From contig OZ245742.1 of the NCBI GenBank assembly GCA_965227295.1, positions 5,696,001-5,760,000 on the forward strand: a stretch of DNA of 64,000 nucleotides, in the 5' to 3' direction. Below the pieces are notes generated by a model that saw only the letters and a program-made list of their open reading frames with translations, searched no databases and was not told the DNA's origin. Position 1 is the first letter of the stretch. The number at the start of each line of letters is the position of its first letter. Source of the stretch: Leptonemataceae bacterium. GTDB taxonomy: Bacteria > Spirochaetota > Leptospiria > Leptospirales > Leptonemataceae. The position numbers and the translations under genes are program-made. Positions 38,337 to 49,224 of this stretch are shown piece by piece.

Positions 38337-41300
38337 ATGAGCACAGCCACTTCCGATTCCCCCGAGTCCGCACCGAATTCTACTAATGCAAAGCGCCGAC
38401 CTTCGCGCTGGATCACGGCCGCCGCGGCAGCTTCCGCCGGCCTGCTGAGCGTCGTCGGGATACTTGTCGCCCTGTGGCCCGGCGAACACCTGGCCATCGA
38501 TCTACCGCTGGAGACATTCTCCGAACCGCCCATCTACTCCACCAACGACAACGAGCTCCAGGTCGTACAGGGCTCACCCATCGGCGAACTGAGCGTAAAC
38601 GATCTTACGAAAGAAATCGTCGTCGTGTTCAACAAGCCCATGGTCCCCCTGGCGAAACTCGAAGAAAGTACGCGCGGCGTCTTCAGCATTACGCCGAAAG
38701 TGGCGGGCAAGTTTCGTTGGTACGGCTCCCGGGTGAATGCCTTCGTTCCGAAGGAGCCGCTGCGTCCGGGCACGAAGTACCAGGTCACCGTGGCCGCGGG
38801 CATCAAAGCGTTGAACGGCGCGAAGCTTGACGAAGTCCACGCCTTCGCCTTCGAGACGCCGCCGCTCAAGCTTGTCTCCCATCGTCCGTATCGCAACAAC
38901 ACCATCGAGTACGACTCCAACTTCCAGCTCTACTTCAACTATCCCGTTTCCCTCGCCGATGTACAACGGCGCATCAGTCTCCAGGTGAACGGCAGTCGCG
39001 TGCGTTTTCAGGCGAGCTACGTTGAGAACAAGAGCGAAGATGAGGAACGCCTGGACGTACAGCAACGCGAGGCCCGGCGCGGGGTGATCCTCAAGCCCGT
39101 GGCGAAGCTGCCCCGGGGCGCGAAAGTTCGCTTGAGCCTGGCGAAAGGGCTGCCGCCCCTCGGCGGCAACAAGGGCCTGGAAAAACAGGTCGTGCTGAAC
39201 TACGAGACCTACGGCCCGCTGCGCGCGAAGCTCGTAAGCGATGCGAAGTTCTTTCAAGAACTCTGGGGCCTGCGCCTGCAATTCAACAACCCCGTGAACC
39301 TGAAGGACGTGGCGAAACACGTGCGCTTCGATCCGCCGGCGGAGTTCATTGAACGCGAGGGCGGCGCCACCACGCGCACGTCCTTCGCCTACTGGACCGT
39401 AAAACCTTCGCAGGAATACACCGTCACCATTTCGCCGCAACTCAAAGATCGCTACGGCAACCGCATTACCGGCGAGCGCAGTTTTACGGCGACGACGCCG
39501 CGACTGCGCCGCGAATTTTCCGCGTACGGCGGCGTGCAGGCCATCGAAGCCGAAGCCGGCCTGCGTTTGCCCGTGGACGTGGCGGCCATCCCCGAACTCA
39601 AAGTAAAACTCGGTAACTTCGACGTAGATGATCTTAAGAAATACGTGGCCGGCGGCTACAAGGTGCGGGACATCCCGCATCGTGACGGCAAAGACGTTTC
39701 GTTCACCACGGGCTTCGATGCACTCGATCGCGGTCGGGTCGGCTTTGCCCTCGAACCGCACCTGGAAAACAAACGCGGCTGGACCGCGGTCTCCGTAACC
39801 GGCGACATCGAAGAATGGGACGGGGACATCGCCACGCGTACGAACCGGCGCTTCGTACAGGCCACAGACCTCGGCCTCACGATCAAACAGGGTTCCGGCG
39901 GAGCTTACGCTTACGTACATTCGCTGAGCACCGCGCGGGCCGTGGCCGGGGTCAAGGTGGACGCCTACGACGGCCAGAGCAGCCTCGGATCGTGCAAAAC
40001 GAACGCGGACGGGTTTTGTGAAATCCAGTACCGCGACATCATTCCACCGGACAAGGCCCTCTACGTCGCCGCCAGAACGGACGGCACCGCTGACCGCGCC
40101 TTCGTTACGAAGCGCAATCATCAGGTGAGCATGTACGGGGTCGCGCGCAACTTCGACGCCGAAGCCGCCGCCCCGCGCCTGAACGGACAAATCGTCTTCG
40201 ATCGCAAGTTGTATCGTCCGGGGGACAAGGTGGGCATCAAGGCCGTTCTGGGCATTCGTCGCGACGGCAAGATTCTGACACAGGGCTCCGGCGATCTGGG
40301 CAGCATCAGCCTGAAGATTACCGACGCCGCCGGGCAAACCCTCAAAGAACAGAACTTAAGCGCTTCGAACGAAGGCGGCGTCTGGGCCGAGTTCACCGTG
40401 CCGAAGGACGCGAAACTCGGCCACTACAGCGTCACGTTCTCATCGTCGAAGATCGCCCACAACTGGCGTAATCGCATCCAGGACACGTTTCAGGTCGAAG
40501 AGTTCCGCCCGGTGGAGTTTACCGTGGAAAGCGAGGGCCTGCGCGACGGTCGTTCCGGCGAGATCCTGGACGTAAAGATCGCCGGCACGTACCTGTTCGG
40601 CGCGCCCATGAAAGAAGCGCGCCTCGAGTACACTGTCAACCGCCGACCGAAAAACGTCTACTTTCCGAACTATCCGCGCTACTTCTTCGGCGACGACGAC
40701 TACGGCGATGCCTGGGAACCGCCGACCTTCTCGTACATGACCGGCGGCACGGGCAATCTGAACGCCGCCGGGCGTTACGCCTTTCAACTGAAACTCGCCG
40801 AACTGGAAGGCAAGGGCTTTGATCATAAGGGCAGCGTGGCCGCACCGCTGCGCGTCTACGATCTGGAACTGGAGGCCCGGGTCCGGGATGTCAACGATCG
40901 TACCGTGGCGAACAAGAGTACCGCCGTCGTTTATCCCGGCGACGTGTTGCCCGGCATTCAGACGAAGGATCGGTACCGCCACTTTGAACGACCGTTCGAA
41001 TTCGAGTTGATGGCCGCGAAAACCGACGGCAGTGCGGCCCCGCGTACGCCGGCCACGGTCATCGTCAGCCGCAAAGAATGGAAGACGATTCAGACGAAAG
41101 GCCCCGGCGGCAGTCTTCAGCGTAAGAACAGTTTGGTTCGCACCGACGTTTCGAAAAAGAACGTTACGTTAAGTTCCGATCCGCAGAAGTTTACATTCAC
41201 GCCGGAAAAACCCGGCAACTACACCGTCACCGTCATCGCCGGTCGCGCCTATGCCCGGGTCAACGTCTACGCCTACGGCGGCGGCTACATCGGCTGGAAC

Positions 41301-44300
41301 TTCCGGAACGACGACACCGTCGAACTCGTGGCCGACCGTCCCGAGTACAAACCGGGCGACACCGCGAAGATTCTGATCCAGTCCCCGTTCAAACGCTGCC
41401 GCGCCGTGGTGAGCCTGGAGCGTGAGGGCGTCATCTGGCAGAAGAGCTACGATCTCGAAGGCAACGGAGAACCCATCGAGATTCCCCTCACCGCCGAACA
41501 CGTGCCGAACGTCTACGTGAGCGTCATCCTCATCCGTCCCCGGGTGCCGGCCGAGGCCGCGGCGGACGCCGATCCCACGGACGAGTACGCCGAGGATGTG
41601 GGCCGGCCGCGCTTTAAGATGGGATCAGTCCAACTTACGGTGGACGCGTCGAGCAAACGTCTGCCGCTTACGATTTCAACGAACCGCAAACAGTACGGCC
41701 CGGGCGACGAAGTGGAGCTAACGTTACAAACGGCACCTAACGCCGAGATCGCGCTGAGCGTCGCCGACCGCGCCGTGCTGGATCTTGTAAACTATCGCTA
41801 CGCCGATCCCGTGGCGCGCTTTTATACGAACTGGCCCCTGGGCGTCGGCGTAATTGAAAATCGCCGTACGTTAATCAAACAGGTCTCGTACGCCCTGAAG
41901 GGCCGCGAGCCCGGCGGCAAAGGAGCCGACGACGCCCGGGTGAGCGGCGACGGCGGTTTCTCCTACGATTCCGAGGACGGGGCACGCCGGGACTTTCGCC
42001 ACACGGCGCACTGGCAACCGAACCTGGTCGCCGATGGTTCCGGCAAGGCCGTGGTGAAGTTCAGGCTGCCCGAAAATCTTACCACGTTCCGTGTGCAGGC
42101 CCTGGCCGCAAAGAGCGCGAACTTCGCCGTGTCCGAAAAAGAGTTTCGCGTCCGCCAGCCCGTCGTCATCCGGCCGTTCCTGCCGCGTTTCCTGCGTCCC
42201 GGCGACGCGCTGGAGATGGGTGCGGTGGTCATCAATCAAACCGGAACCGCCGGAAAATTTCGGGTGGCCATGCAATCCAAACTGCTGCGCTTCGACAAAC
42301 AACCGCGCTCCGGCGACGAGATCGCGCCCGCCGGTGACGCCGCCGCGCGCATCGTCACGCTGAAACCCGGCGAGTCCGTGGAAGTCAGCTTCCCGGTGGA
42401 GATCGATCCGCAGAAGTACATGGTGGAACGCGCGAACGCCACGCAAAGGTTTCGTGAGCGTGTGTTAAAGGATCCCGACGACGCCGAACAGAAGGCCTTT
42501 CAAATCGAAGCGGCACAGGTCAAGGGGCTGATTTCTCTGCGCCCGGTAAACGCGGCGCAGTTCCAGGGTTTCAGTGAGGATGAGTTAAGCGATAAGACCG
42601 CTTTCGCCTTCCCGGTACGCGAGCATCCGCCCGTCGAGGCGTTCGCCATCGCCGGTTACGCCGGCGGCCCGGGCGACGACGGCACCGTCACCGAAGAAGA
42701 GGGCGTGGTCCTGCCGAAGGCGGACGAGATCATGGGCGGCCTCGGCCACCTCCAGGTGGACGTGAGTTCCACGGCCCTCACCGGTGTTTCCAATGCCTTC
42801 GAGTTTTATAAAAGCAACCCGTACTTCTGTCTCGAACAACGCGCGTCGGCTTTTCTCGTACGCATGGCCGCGGGCAACCTGACGGCGAAGTACGGCGAGG
42901 CCCCGGCGAAGGACGGCTATGACTTTCGCACGGTGGATCGTTTGTTCTTAAAAGAAGCGCGCTTCTTCCAGAATCGCGACGGCGGCTTTCGCCCCTGGAA
43001 CGACTTCAAAGAACCCAGCCGTCCGTATCTTACGGCATACATCGCCTTCGTGATGCAGGCGGCCCGGGAATCGAATCGTTACCACGGCACGAACTACGAG
43101 ATCGACGAGGACTCCTACAATCGTGCGCTCGGTTACCTGCGGGCGTACGTGCGCAAACCTCCGAAGGACGGCCGCATGTATGTCCTGGAAAGCTTCGCGA
43201 TGGTTCAGTACGTGCTCGCCCGTGCCGGCCAGGCCGAGGCCGGCCTCGAAAAGTTTCTCATGGAAAACGAGAAGTCCCTGTCGCTACGCGGCCGCGGACA
43301 CCTCATGCTCGCCGTGGCCCTGCGTCGCGGCGTTTCGAACTACAGCGAGGACCCGGATCTGAAGCGCAACATGGAGTTCCTGCGCAGCCGCATGGAAGTA
43401 AACACCCGCAAGGTCTCGTTCAAAGAAGCGTCGCGTGGTTCGTACCTGCGCGCCTACTATGCCCGGGGCGCGACCCTGGCCGTGCTCCTGGAAAGCATGG
43501 TGAGTCTCGATCCCAATCACCCGCTGATCCCGCAGATGGTGCGCTACGCCGTCGCCACTGAAGACAAACTGTGGAGTGACAGCCACAGCTCCGGCCGCCT
43601 GGCCTACGGCCTGGATCGTTACGCCCGGGTCTTCGAAAAGGACGATCCGAATTTCACGGCCAGAGTTACGATTGCTAACAGTCAGTTGTTCGAACATAAG
43701 TTCACGTCGCTGAAGGACCGGAACAACCAGGCCGCGAAGCGCCTGCCCATGACGGACCTTTACAAACTCGAGAAGCCCGGGGTCAGCCATCCGTTGCGTT
43801 TTACCCGCCAGGGCCGCGGTCGCATGTACTACAGCGCCACCATGACCTACGCCCCCACCCTGCGCACGGCAAAACCCAGGGACGAGGGCATCGAAGTTCG
43901 CCGGGACATCATCTCGCTCGAACGCCCGGATCAGCCGCTGAAAGACGGCACCCCCCTGAAGCGCGGCGAGGTCTATCTGTATCGCCTCACCGTCGTGAGT
44001 CCGAAGCCGGTCTTCGATTTTCTCCTGCAAGATCCGCTGCCCTCCAACGTCGAGGCGGTGCAGACGGCCTTCGCCACCGAGAGCGCGAGCTACGGTCGCT
44101 TCCTGCGCAAACAGGAACGCGAATCCGGCGGCGGCTACTACTGGTGGATGCGGTCCGCGCCGCGCCAGGAACTCCGCGACGACAAAGTTGTCTTCGTACA
44201 AAGTTACCTCGGAGCCGGCATCCACGAGTTTTTCTATCTGGGCCGGGCCACCCTGCACGGCCGCGCCGGGGCCCCGGCCGGACGGGCCTTCGCCATGTAT

Positions 44301-44351
44301 GAACCGGAGATCTTCGGCCGCACCGGCTCCGGCGCCCAGGATGTTCGCTAA
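38337..44351 (+). CDS. bacterial alpha-2-macroglobulin
   Basis: DR.LYRPGD, FQVEEFRP, DRPEYKPGD, LPENLTTFR, thioester PYFCLEQ, MYEPEIFGR; upstream of pbpC. Confidence 0.93.
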   Translation: MSTATSDSPESAPNSTNAKRRPSRWITAAAAASAGLLSVVGILVALWPGEHLAIDLPLETFSEPPIYSTNDNELQVVQGSPIGELSVNDLTKEIVVVFNKPMVPLAKLEESTRGVFSITPKVAGKFRWYGSRVNAFVPKEPLRPGTKYQVTVAAGIKALNGAKLDEVHAFAFETPPLKLVSHRPYRNNTIEYDSNFQLYFNYPVSLADVQRRISLQVNGSRVRFQASYVENKSEDEERLDVQQREARRGVILKPVAKLPRGAKVRLSLAKGLPPLGGNKGLEKQVVLNYETYGPLRAKLVSDAKFFQELWGLRLQFNNPVNLKDVAKHVRFDPPAEFIEREGGATTRTSFAYWTVKPSQEYTVTISPQLKDRYGNRITGERSFTATTPRLRREFSAYGGVQAIEAEAGLRLPVDVAAIPELKVKLGNFDVDDLKKYVAGGYKVRDIPHRDGKDVSFTTGFDALDRGRVGFALEPHLENKRGWTAVSVTGDIEEWDGDIATRTNRRFVQATDLGLTIKQGSGGAYAYVHSLSTARAVAGVKVDAYDGQSSLGSCKTNADGFCEIQYRDIIPPDKALYVAARTDGTADRAFVTKRNHQVSMYGVARNFDAEAAAPRLNGQIVFDRKLYRPGDKVGIKAVLGIRRDGKILTQGSGDLGSISLKITDAAGQTLKEQNLSASNEGGVWAEFTVPKDAKLGHYSVTFSSSKIAHNWRNRIQDTFQVEEFRPVEFTVESEGLRDGRSGEILDVKIAGTYLFGAPMKEARLEYTVNRRPKNVYFPNYPRYFFGDDDYGDAWEPPTFSYMTGGTGNLNAAGRYAFQLKLAELEGKGFDHKGSVAAPLRVYDLELEARVRDVNDRTVANKSTAVVYPGDVLPGIQTKDRYRHFERPFEFELMAAKTDGSAAPRTPATVIVSRKEWKTIQTKGPGGSLQRKNSLVRTDVSKKNVTLSSDPQKFTFTPEKPGNYTVTVIAGRAYARVNVYAYGGGYIGWNFRNDDTVELVADRPEYKPGDTAKILIQSPFKRCRAVVSLEREGVIWQKSYDLEGNGEPIEIPLTAEHVPNVYVSVILIRPRVPAEAAADADPTDEYAEDVGRPRFKMGSVQLTVDASSKRLPLTISTNRKQYGPGDEVELTLQTAPNAEIALSVADRAVLDLVNYRYADPVARFYTNWPLGVGVIENRRTLIKQVSYALKGREPGGKGADDARVSGDGGFSYDSEDGARRDFRHTAHWQPNLVADGSGKAVVKFRLPENLTTFRVQALAAKSANFAVSEKEFRVRQPVVIRPFLPRFLRPGDALEMGAVVINQTGTAGKFRVAMQSKLLRFDKQPRSGDEIAPAGDAAARIVTLKPGESVEVSFPVEIDPQKYMVERANATQRFRERVLKDPDDAEQKAFQIEAAQVKGLISLRPVNAAQFQGFSEDELSDKTAFAFPVREHPPVEAFAIAGYAGGPGDDGTVTEEEGVVLPKADEIMGGLGHLQVDVSSTALTGVSNAFEFYKSNPYFCLEQRASAFLVRMAAGNLTAKYGEAPAKDGYDFRTVDRLFLKEARFFQNRDGGFRPWNDFKEPSRPYLTAYIAFVMQAARESNRYHGTNYEIDEDSYNRALGYLRAYVRKPPKDGRMYVLESFAMVQYVLARAGQAEAGLEKFLMENEKSLSLRGRGHLMLAVALRRGVSNYSEDPDLKRNMEFLRSRMEVNTRKVSFKEASRGSYLRAYYARGATLAVLLESMVSLDPNHPLIPQMVRYAVATEDKLWSDSHSSGRLAYGLDRYARVFEKDDPNFTARVTIANSQLFEHKFTSLKDRNNQAAKRLPMTDLYKLEKPGVSHPLRFTRQGRGRMYYSATMTYAPTLRTAKPRDEGIEVRRDIISLERPDQPLKDGTPLKRGEVYLYRLTVVSPKPVFDFLLQDPLPSNVEAVQTAFATESASYGRFLRKQERESGGGYYWWMRSAPRQELRDDKVVFVQSYLGAGIHEFFYLGRATLHGRAGAPAGRAFAMYEPEIFGRTGSGAQDVR

Positions 44352-46572
44352 GCTTTCACTGAAAAGCACTTACGAACGACTGCGCCGGAACGCCCCGCTG
44401 ATCGCGGCCCTGGCCGTGGTGGGCATCCCGGCTGTGCTCTTCCTGCTGCCGCCGCGCCAGGATCGTTTGCACGGCGGCGGTTCGTTGATCCTGCTGGACG
44501 CCGGGGGCACGGAGCTCCGGCAGTTTCGCAGCAGTGACGACGGTTCCTACAACGTGGCGCTGCCGTTCGAAGAGTACCCGGATCATGTGATTCGCGCGGT
44601 CCTCACGGCCGAGGACGGGCGTTTTTATTTTCACCCGGGCGTCGATCCCGCGGCGATTCTCCGGGCGGCGTACCAGAACGCACGCGCCGGGCGCATCGTC
44701 TCCGGCGGCTCGACGATCACGCAGCAACTGGTCCGCCTGGTCTACCGCGAAGAACTGCCGGTTCGCCCGGCGCTGCGCAAAATCGTCGAGGCGGTGCTCG
44801 CCCTGCGCCTTGAGGTTCATGCGTCGAAACAAGAAATACTTACGGCCTACTTGAATCGAGTGCCCATGCCGGAAAACCGCACGGGACTCGCGGCGGCGGC
44901 GCAGCGGCTCTTCGGCCGCGACGTACGTTTTCTTTCCGAAGATGAAGCCCTCGCCCTGGCCGTATTGATTCGCCGCAACCGCGTCACTCCGGAAGCCTTC
45001 ACGGAACGATACCGTCGCCTGCATGCGGCCGTGCACGGCAGGGCCGCCGATCCTCCGAACGAGCTTCTGGCCGCGGTCTTCGAGAGCCGGGACGACGACT
45101 CATTAACATCATCTCGCAACACATTAACAAGGGCCCCGCATTTCACGCAGTGGCTGCGCGAACTCTATCCGAACGCGAGCGGCACCATCCGCACGGAAAT
45201 CTCGGCGGACTTCAACAACGCCGTCGCCGAAATTCTGGATCGAGAACTGCAAACCCTTTCCGAAAACAAAGGCGACAACGCCGCGGCCGTCGTGCTGAGC
45301 ATCGACGACTCCGGCTTCACGCTGCGCGGCCTCGTGGGCTCCCGGGATTTTCACGAGGATCGCGACGGCCAGGTCAACGGCGCCCTGGCGATTCGCAGCG
45401 CCGGCAGTACGCTGAAGCCGTTTCTCTACGGCCTGGCCTTCGAAGAACAGGGACTCCGCCCGTATACGATTCTGGAGGATAGCGAGGGCGGTCTACCGTT
45501 GTCCGACGGCACCGTCTATCGCCCGCGCAACTACGACCTGAACTACTGGGGCCGCCTCACCGCCCGCGAGGCCCTGGCCACATCGCGAAATATTCCGGCG
45601 GTTCGCCTCGTGGAATCCGTCGGTGAAGATCGGCTCATTCGGCTCTTCGAAAACGCGCGCCTGCTACCGTTGCACGACGGCGAACGCCACGGACCCGGCA
45701 TTGCCCTGGGTACCGCCGGGGTTCGACTCATCGATCTCACCCGGGCCTACGCCGCCCTGGGCAACGGCGGGCGCCTGCGCCCCGTTCGCCTCGGGCGACT
45801 AACTTCTACTGGAAGATCCTTAGAATACGGCGATGAGCGCGTGCTATTCCAGGAGCAGACCGCGCATCTGTTGAGTCACGTCCTGGCTGATCGTCCCATG
45901 CGGCGCAAGGCCTTCGGCGAGCGCAGCTTCCTGGACTTTCCGTTCGACGTGGCGGCGAAGACCGGCACATCCAAGGATTACCGCGACGCCTGGACCGTGG
46001 GTTATACGCAGCATCACGCCGTAGGCGTTTGGGTCGGCAACTTTTCCGGCGAAGAGATGGTGAACGTCTCCGGCGCCTTCGGTGCCGGCCGCATCTTTCA
46101 GCAGATCATGCGCCTGGTCGAAGACGATCGGCGCAGCCAGGGCGCGGGGCCGCATCGCTTTTCGTATCCGTCCGGCTGGCGGGAGTTGCCGCTGTGTCGT
46201 CACACCGGCCTCGTCGCCCGGCCGACCTGCCCGGCCCAAACGGAACTGATCCCCGCCGGCGAAGGCGCGCCGGCACAGTGTGACGGCCGGCACGATCATG
46301 CAGACACCTTCGCCGGGGGCGCGCGTTTGATCGAGTCGCCGCTGCCCGGCGAGGTCTACGTGCTGGACCCGCATTTGCCGGACGATGTGCAGCAAATTCC
46401 CCTGCGCTTCGCCGACGACGCGCCGGCAGATTGCAGCTATGCCGTCGACGGCGAGCAACGCGGTCCGCTAACTTACGGTACGATCGCATTAACGCCGCGG
46501 CGCGGGCGTCATGAACTCAGCGTACGCTGTCCGGACGGTCGGCGGGATAGCGTGGAGTTCTTTGTGGAGTAA
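44341..46572 (+). CDS. pbpC: penicillin-binding protein 1C
   Basis: EDGRFYFHPGVD, GGSTITQQ, GSTLKPF (SxxK), SRN, KTG; coupled to the A2M gene. Confidence 0.9.
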   Translation: MFAKLSLKSTYERLRRNAPLIAALAVVGIPAVLFLLPPRQDRLHGGGSLILLDAGGTELRQFRSSDDGSYNVALPFEEYPDHVIRAVLTAEDGRFYFHPGVDPAAILRAAYQNARAGRIVSGGSTITQQLVRLVYREELPVRPALRKIVEAVLALRLEVHASKQEILTAYLNRVPMPENRTGLAAAAQRLFGRDVRFLSEDEALALAVLIRRNRVTPEAFTERYRRLHAAVHGRAADPPNELLAAVFESRDDDSLTSSRNTLTRAPHFTQWLRELYPNASGTIRTEISADFNNAVAEILDRELQTLSENKGDNAAAVVLSIDDSGFTLRGLVGSRDFHEDRDGQVNGALAIRSAGSTLKPFLYGLAFEEQGLRPYTILEDSEGGLPLSDGTVYRPRNYDLNYWGRLTAREALATSRNIPAVRLVESVGEDRLIRLFENARLLPLHDGERHGPGIALGTAGVRLIDLTRAYAALGNGGRLRPVRLGRLTSTGRSLEYGDERVLFQEQTAHLLSHVLADRPMRRKAFGERSFLDFPFDVAAKTGTSKDYRDAWTVGYTQHHAVGVWVGNFSGEEMVNVSGAFGAGRIFQQIMRLVEDDRRSQGAGPHRFSYPSGWRELPLCRHTGLVARPTCPAQTELIPAGEGAPAQCDGRHDHADTFAGGARLIESPLPGEVYVLDPHLPDDVQQIPLRFADDAPADCSYAVDGEQRGPLTYGTIALTPRRGRHELSVRCPDGRRDSVEFFVE

Positions 46573-47287
46573 GATCCGCCGCCGCGAGCAGTCGCGTAAT
46601 GCTGACCACGTGTCCCAGCAAGGCTGCCATCACCAACAACACCGGCAGGTAGATGTACGGAAATTCCAGGACCAGCACGTTGGGTTGTTCAAAGGCGAGG
46701 CGTTGCACCGGCGTGGGCAGCGAAAGCACGGCGTGCGTGACGATGTTCCCGAGCAAGGCCAGGCCCGCGACATTCCAGGCGAGTAAAAAACGCGCACCGA
46801 GGACTGCGCGCTCGAACACCAGCCAGGCAACCAGCGGCGCGGTCAGACCGACGAGCAGATCAAAGTTCCGCCCGGAGAACGTCATGAGTTCCGGAATGAG
46901 GCCGTGTTCTAAAGCGCTGTAAAACAAAACGGTTTCCACGAGCACCCGAAACGTCTGCAGGTAAGTCAACCGGCGCAATGAGAGCGACCGGAAAAACGCA
47001 CCGTGCCGGAAGAAGGCGACCCAGAGCAGCAACGTGAACACCGGCAGCGGCACGATGAGAACGATCGGCAGCATGTTGCTGTGAACGTTCGCATAAACAC
47101 CGGCAACGGCCAGTACGCCGTGCAACACGAGATACAACAGCAAACACGCGCCGGCCGCTAAGAGATACACGCGGGGAATGCCGGACTTTTTCGCGGCGCG
47201 GCGGGCGACGTCCGCCAGCATAAAAAGAACAAAGACCATGCAAACATAGAACGAAAGCTCCGTATACCAGGGCAATTTTCCGAACAT
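46517..47287 (-). CDS. hypothetical multi-pass membrane protein
   Basis: About 7 TM; LQTFRV.VE, GRNFDLLVGLTAP; GGAGG RBS. Confidence 0.75.
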   Translation of the reverse strand: MFGKLPWYTELSFYVCMVFVLFMLADVARRAAKKSGIPRVYLLAAGACLLLYLVLHGVLAVAGVYANVHSNMLPIVLIVPLPVFTLLLWVAFFRHGAFFRSLSLRRLTYLQTFRVLVETVLFYSALEHGLIPELMTFSGRNFDLLVGLTAPLVAWLVFERAVLGARFLLAWNVAGLALLGNIVTHAVLSLPTPVQRLAFEQPNVLVLEFPYIYLPVLLVMAALLGHVVSITRLLAAADLTPQRTPRYPADRPDSVR

Positions 47288-47381
47288 AAAGGACCTCCTG
47301 AATCGAAGTCATCTTACATCGCGGAGCGAAAATCGCCGAGATACGCGCGTCACGTCCGCCGATTTTGGGGCATGACGTACG

Positions 47382-48515
47382 TCACGTTTGTCGTTGCAAA
47401 TCGCGCAGAAAGACCGTGAGGCGTTGCAGGCGATCGCCGGCACCGCGGCTCTCCGGTTCGTTTTCGTCCAGCAGGAGTTCGTAGATGTGGCTCAGATGAT
47501 TGCGCAACGTACCGTCCGTAATGCCGAGGCTTTCCCGGATGGCGGGGCGAGACTTGCCGGCGTCCACCAGTTCACAGATGCGCGCCTGTTGATAGCTGAG
47601 ACCGAAGCGCGTTTGCAGCACCGTAAACAACGGACGGTCTTCGCGGCGTGCAATCATGGCCCCCGAACGAAACCAGAACTCGAAGGCGAGGACCGCCGCG
47701 GCTCCGCCGGCAAAACCTCCGACGGCGATCCATGTCGCATCGTAGAGCGAATCATCCGGCATAAACAAGAGCAGCAGCCACATCAGCAACAGCGCGCACG
47801 CCAGTGATGCAAGCAAAGCCGTGAGAAACAAAAAGAACCGGCCGGCCGGGCGCAGCGCGAATCGTTTCGTCAGGAGCGACGCCAGTACAACGGTGAGCAT
47901 CGTATCGATCACACTACCGAGCGGCAAACCGTTCAGTCCGAGCAACGCCAGGAGATTCGTTGCGAAACCGAACCACCACAGGAGCGCGAGCAACGCCACG
48001 CTCATCGTTGAAACAACACCGGCCGGCGTACGCGGGCGCAGCAGCACATAGATCCCCAGGCCGCCGCAGAGTAGCGCGAACGGAACGAAGACATACCGCG
48101 CGCCCGCCCCCGCTATGGGGAAGTAGCCCCAATCATACAAACGCGCGCCTTCAATCAACACACGCGAACCGCCCCAGTAAGCCAGGTTCACGGCGATCGT
48201 CAATAGAGCGGCGCAGGCATACAACACGCCCGGCAGCCGTCGATCCGCGCGACCGGAGAGACGCATCGCAAAATGCACAAAGACCGGCATCGCAAAAAAG
48301 AGCGCATGCCTCAGAAGATAAAAACGAAACAGCGCCGCCTCTTCGTTGGGCGCCACGGCTATACCGGCAAGTCCGGCGGCCACGCCGGCCATAAGCAGCG
48401 AGAGCGTGGCCAGCAAACGCACGTATGCGGGGGCGCGCGGCACGGCGAACAAAAACGCCGCGGCCGCCAGGTGCGCCAGACAACCCGCCGCGGGAATCAA
48501 AAACGAAAACCGCAC
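47382..48515 (-). CDS. multi-TM protein with C-terminal LuxR-type HTH
   Basis: About 9 hydrophobic segments, then FGLS.Q..RICEL...GKS...I...L.IT.GTLRNHLSHIY. Confidence 0.75.
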   Translation of the reverse strand: MRFSFLIPAAGCLAHLAAAAFLFAVPRAPAYVRLLATLSLLMAGVAAGLAGIAVAPNEEAALFRFYLLRHALFFAMPVFVHFAMRLSGRADRRLPGVLYACAALLTIAVNLAYWGGSRVLIEGARLYDWGYFPIAGAGARYVFVPFALLCGGLGIYVLLRPRTPAGVVSTMSVALLALLWWFGFATNLLALLGLNGLPLGSVIDTMLTVVLASLLTKRFALRPAGRFFLFLTALLASLACALLLMWLLLLFMPDDSLYDATWIAVGGFAGGAAAVLAFEFWFRSGAMIARREDRPLFTVLQTRFGLSYQQARICELVDAGKSRPAIRESLGITDGTLRNHLSHIYELLLDENEPESRGAGDRLQRLTVFLRDLQRQT

Positions 48516-49136
48516 CTACTCGGTCTCCCGGAAGAATCCGACGGCCTTCACTAACTCATTGTGATATACGATTAGCGCGTCCCCGGGATGTTCGCGTTTA
48601 TAGCGCTCGAACTCCGGTCGCGCGATGGAGTGCACCAGGGCGGGACGATCACCCTGGACCCGGGCGGCGGTCACGCACGGCCCGCGATCGAAAAAGGAAT
48701 AGTCGGAGAAAAACATGCCCGCCTCCGGTGCCGCAATCACCCGGCCGCCCTTCAGTACTTCCACCAGGCCGCGTTCCAGCAGATAGAGCACGGCATGTTC
48801 GTTCGCATCGTTCTCGTAGATGATCCTGCCGGGTTCGTACTCCGCGGCTTCGCAGTAGGACAACAACGTGCGGTGCGACTGTTCGCTCAGCCCGTCGAAG
48901 ACCGGACTGGCCTTCATGAATGCGCGGGGACTCGCGTCGAACAACCAGTCGATGCTGACCTCAACGGCGGCGGCCAAATCGGCCAGGATTTGAATGTCCG
49001 GTGCGTTCTCCCCGCGCTCCCACTTCGACACGGCCTGGAAGCTCACGTCCAGGCGACGCGCCAGTTCCGTCTGTGAAAGACCGAGCTCCTCCCGGCGGCG
49101 ACGAATGCGCCCGCCGATGCGCGCGGCGAGGCTCAC
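48516..49136 (-). CDS. XRE-family HTH fused to a cNMP-binding-like domain
   Basis: LSQTELARRL.VSFQAVSKWERG; then YEPG.IIY.E...LYLLERG.VEV..G.FF.D.SFFD.GP. Confidence 0.8.
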   Translation of the reverse strand: MSLAARIGGRIRRRREELGLSQTELARRLDVSFQAVSKWERGENAPDIQILADLAAAVEVSIDWLFDASPRAFMKASPVFDGLSEQSHRTLLSYCEAAEYEPGRIIYENDANEHAVLYLLERGLVEVLKGGRVIAAPEAGMFFSDYSFFDRGPCVTAARVQGDRPALVHSIARPEFERYKREHPGDALIVYHNELVKAVGFFRETE

Positions 49137-49224
49137 GCTTCCCCTCCGCGTAGAATCGATTCGCCTCCGCCGTTATGGACGCAGTCCGGCGTCGTGATAT
49201 ACTCCGGAACATCTACGAGGACAT

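Noticed and set aside
38574..40337. 587-aa minus-strand ORF
   Set aside because: Antisense shadow of the alpha-2-macroglobulin gene
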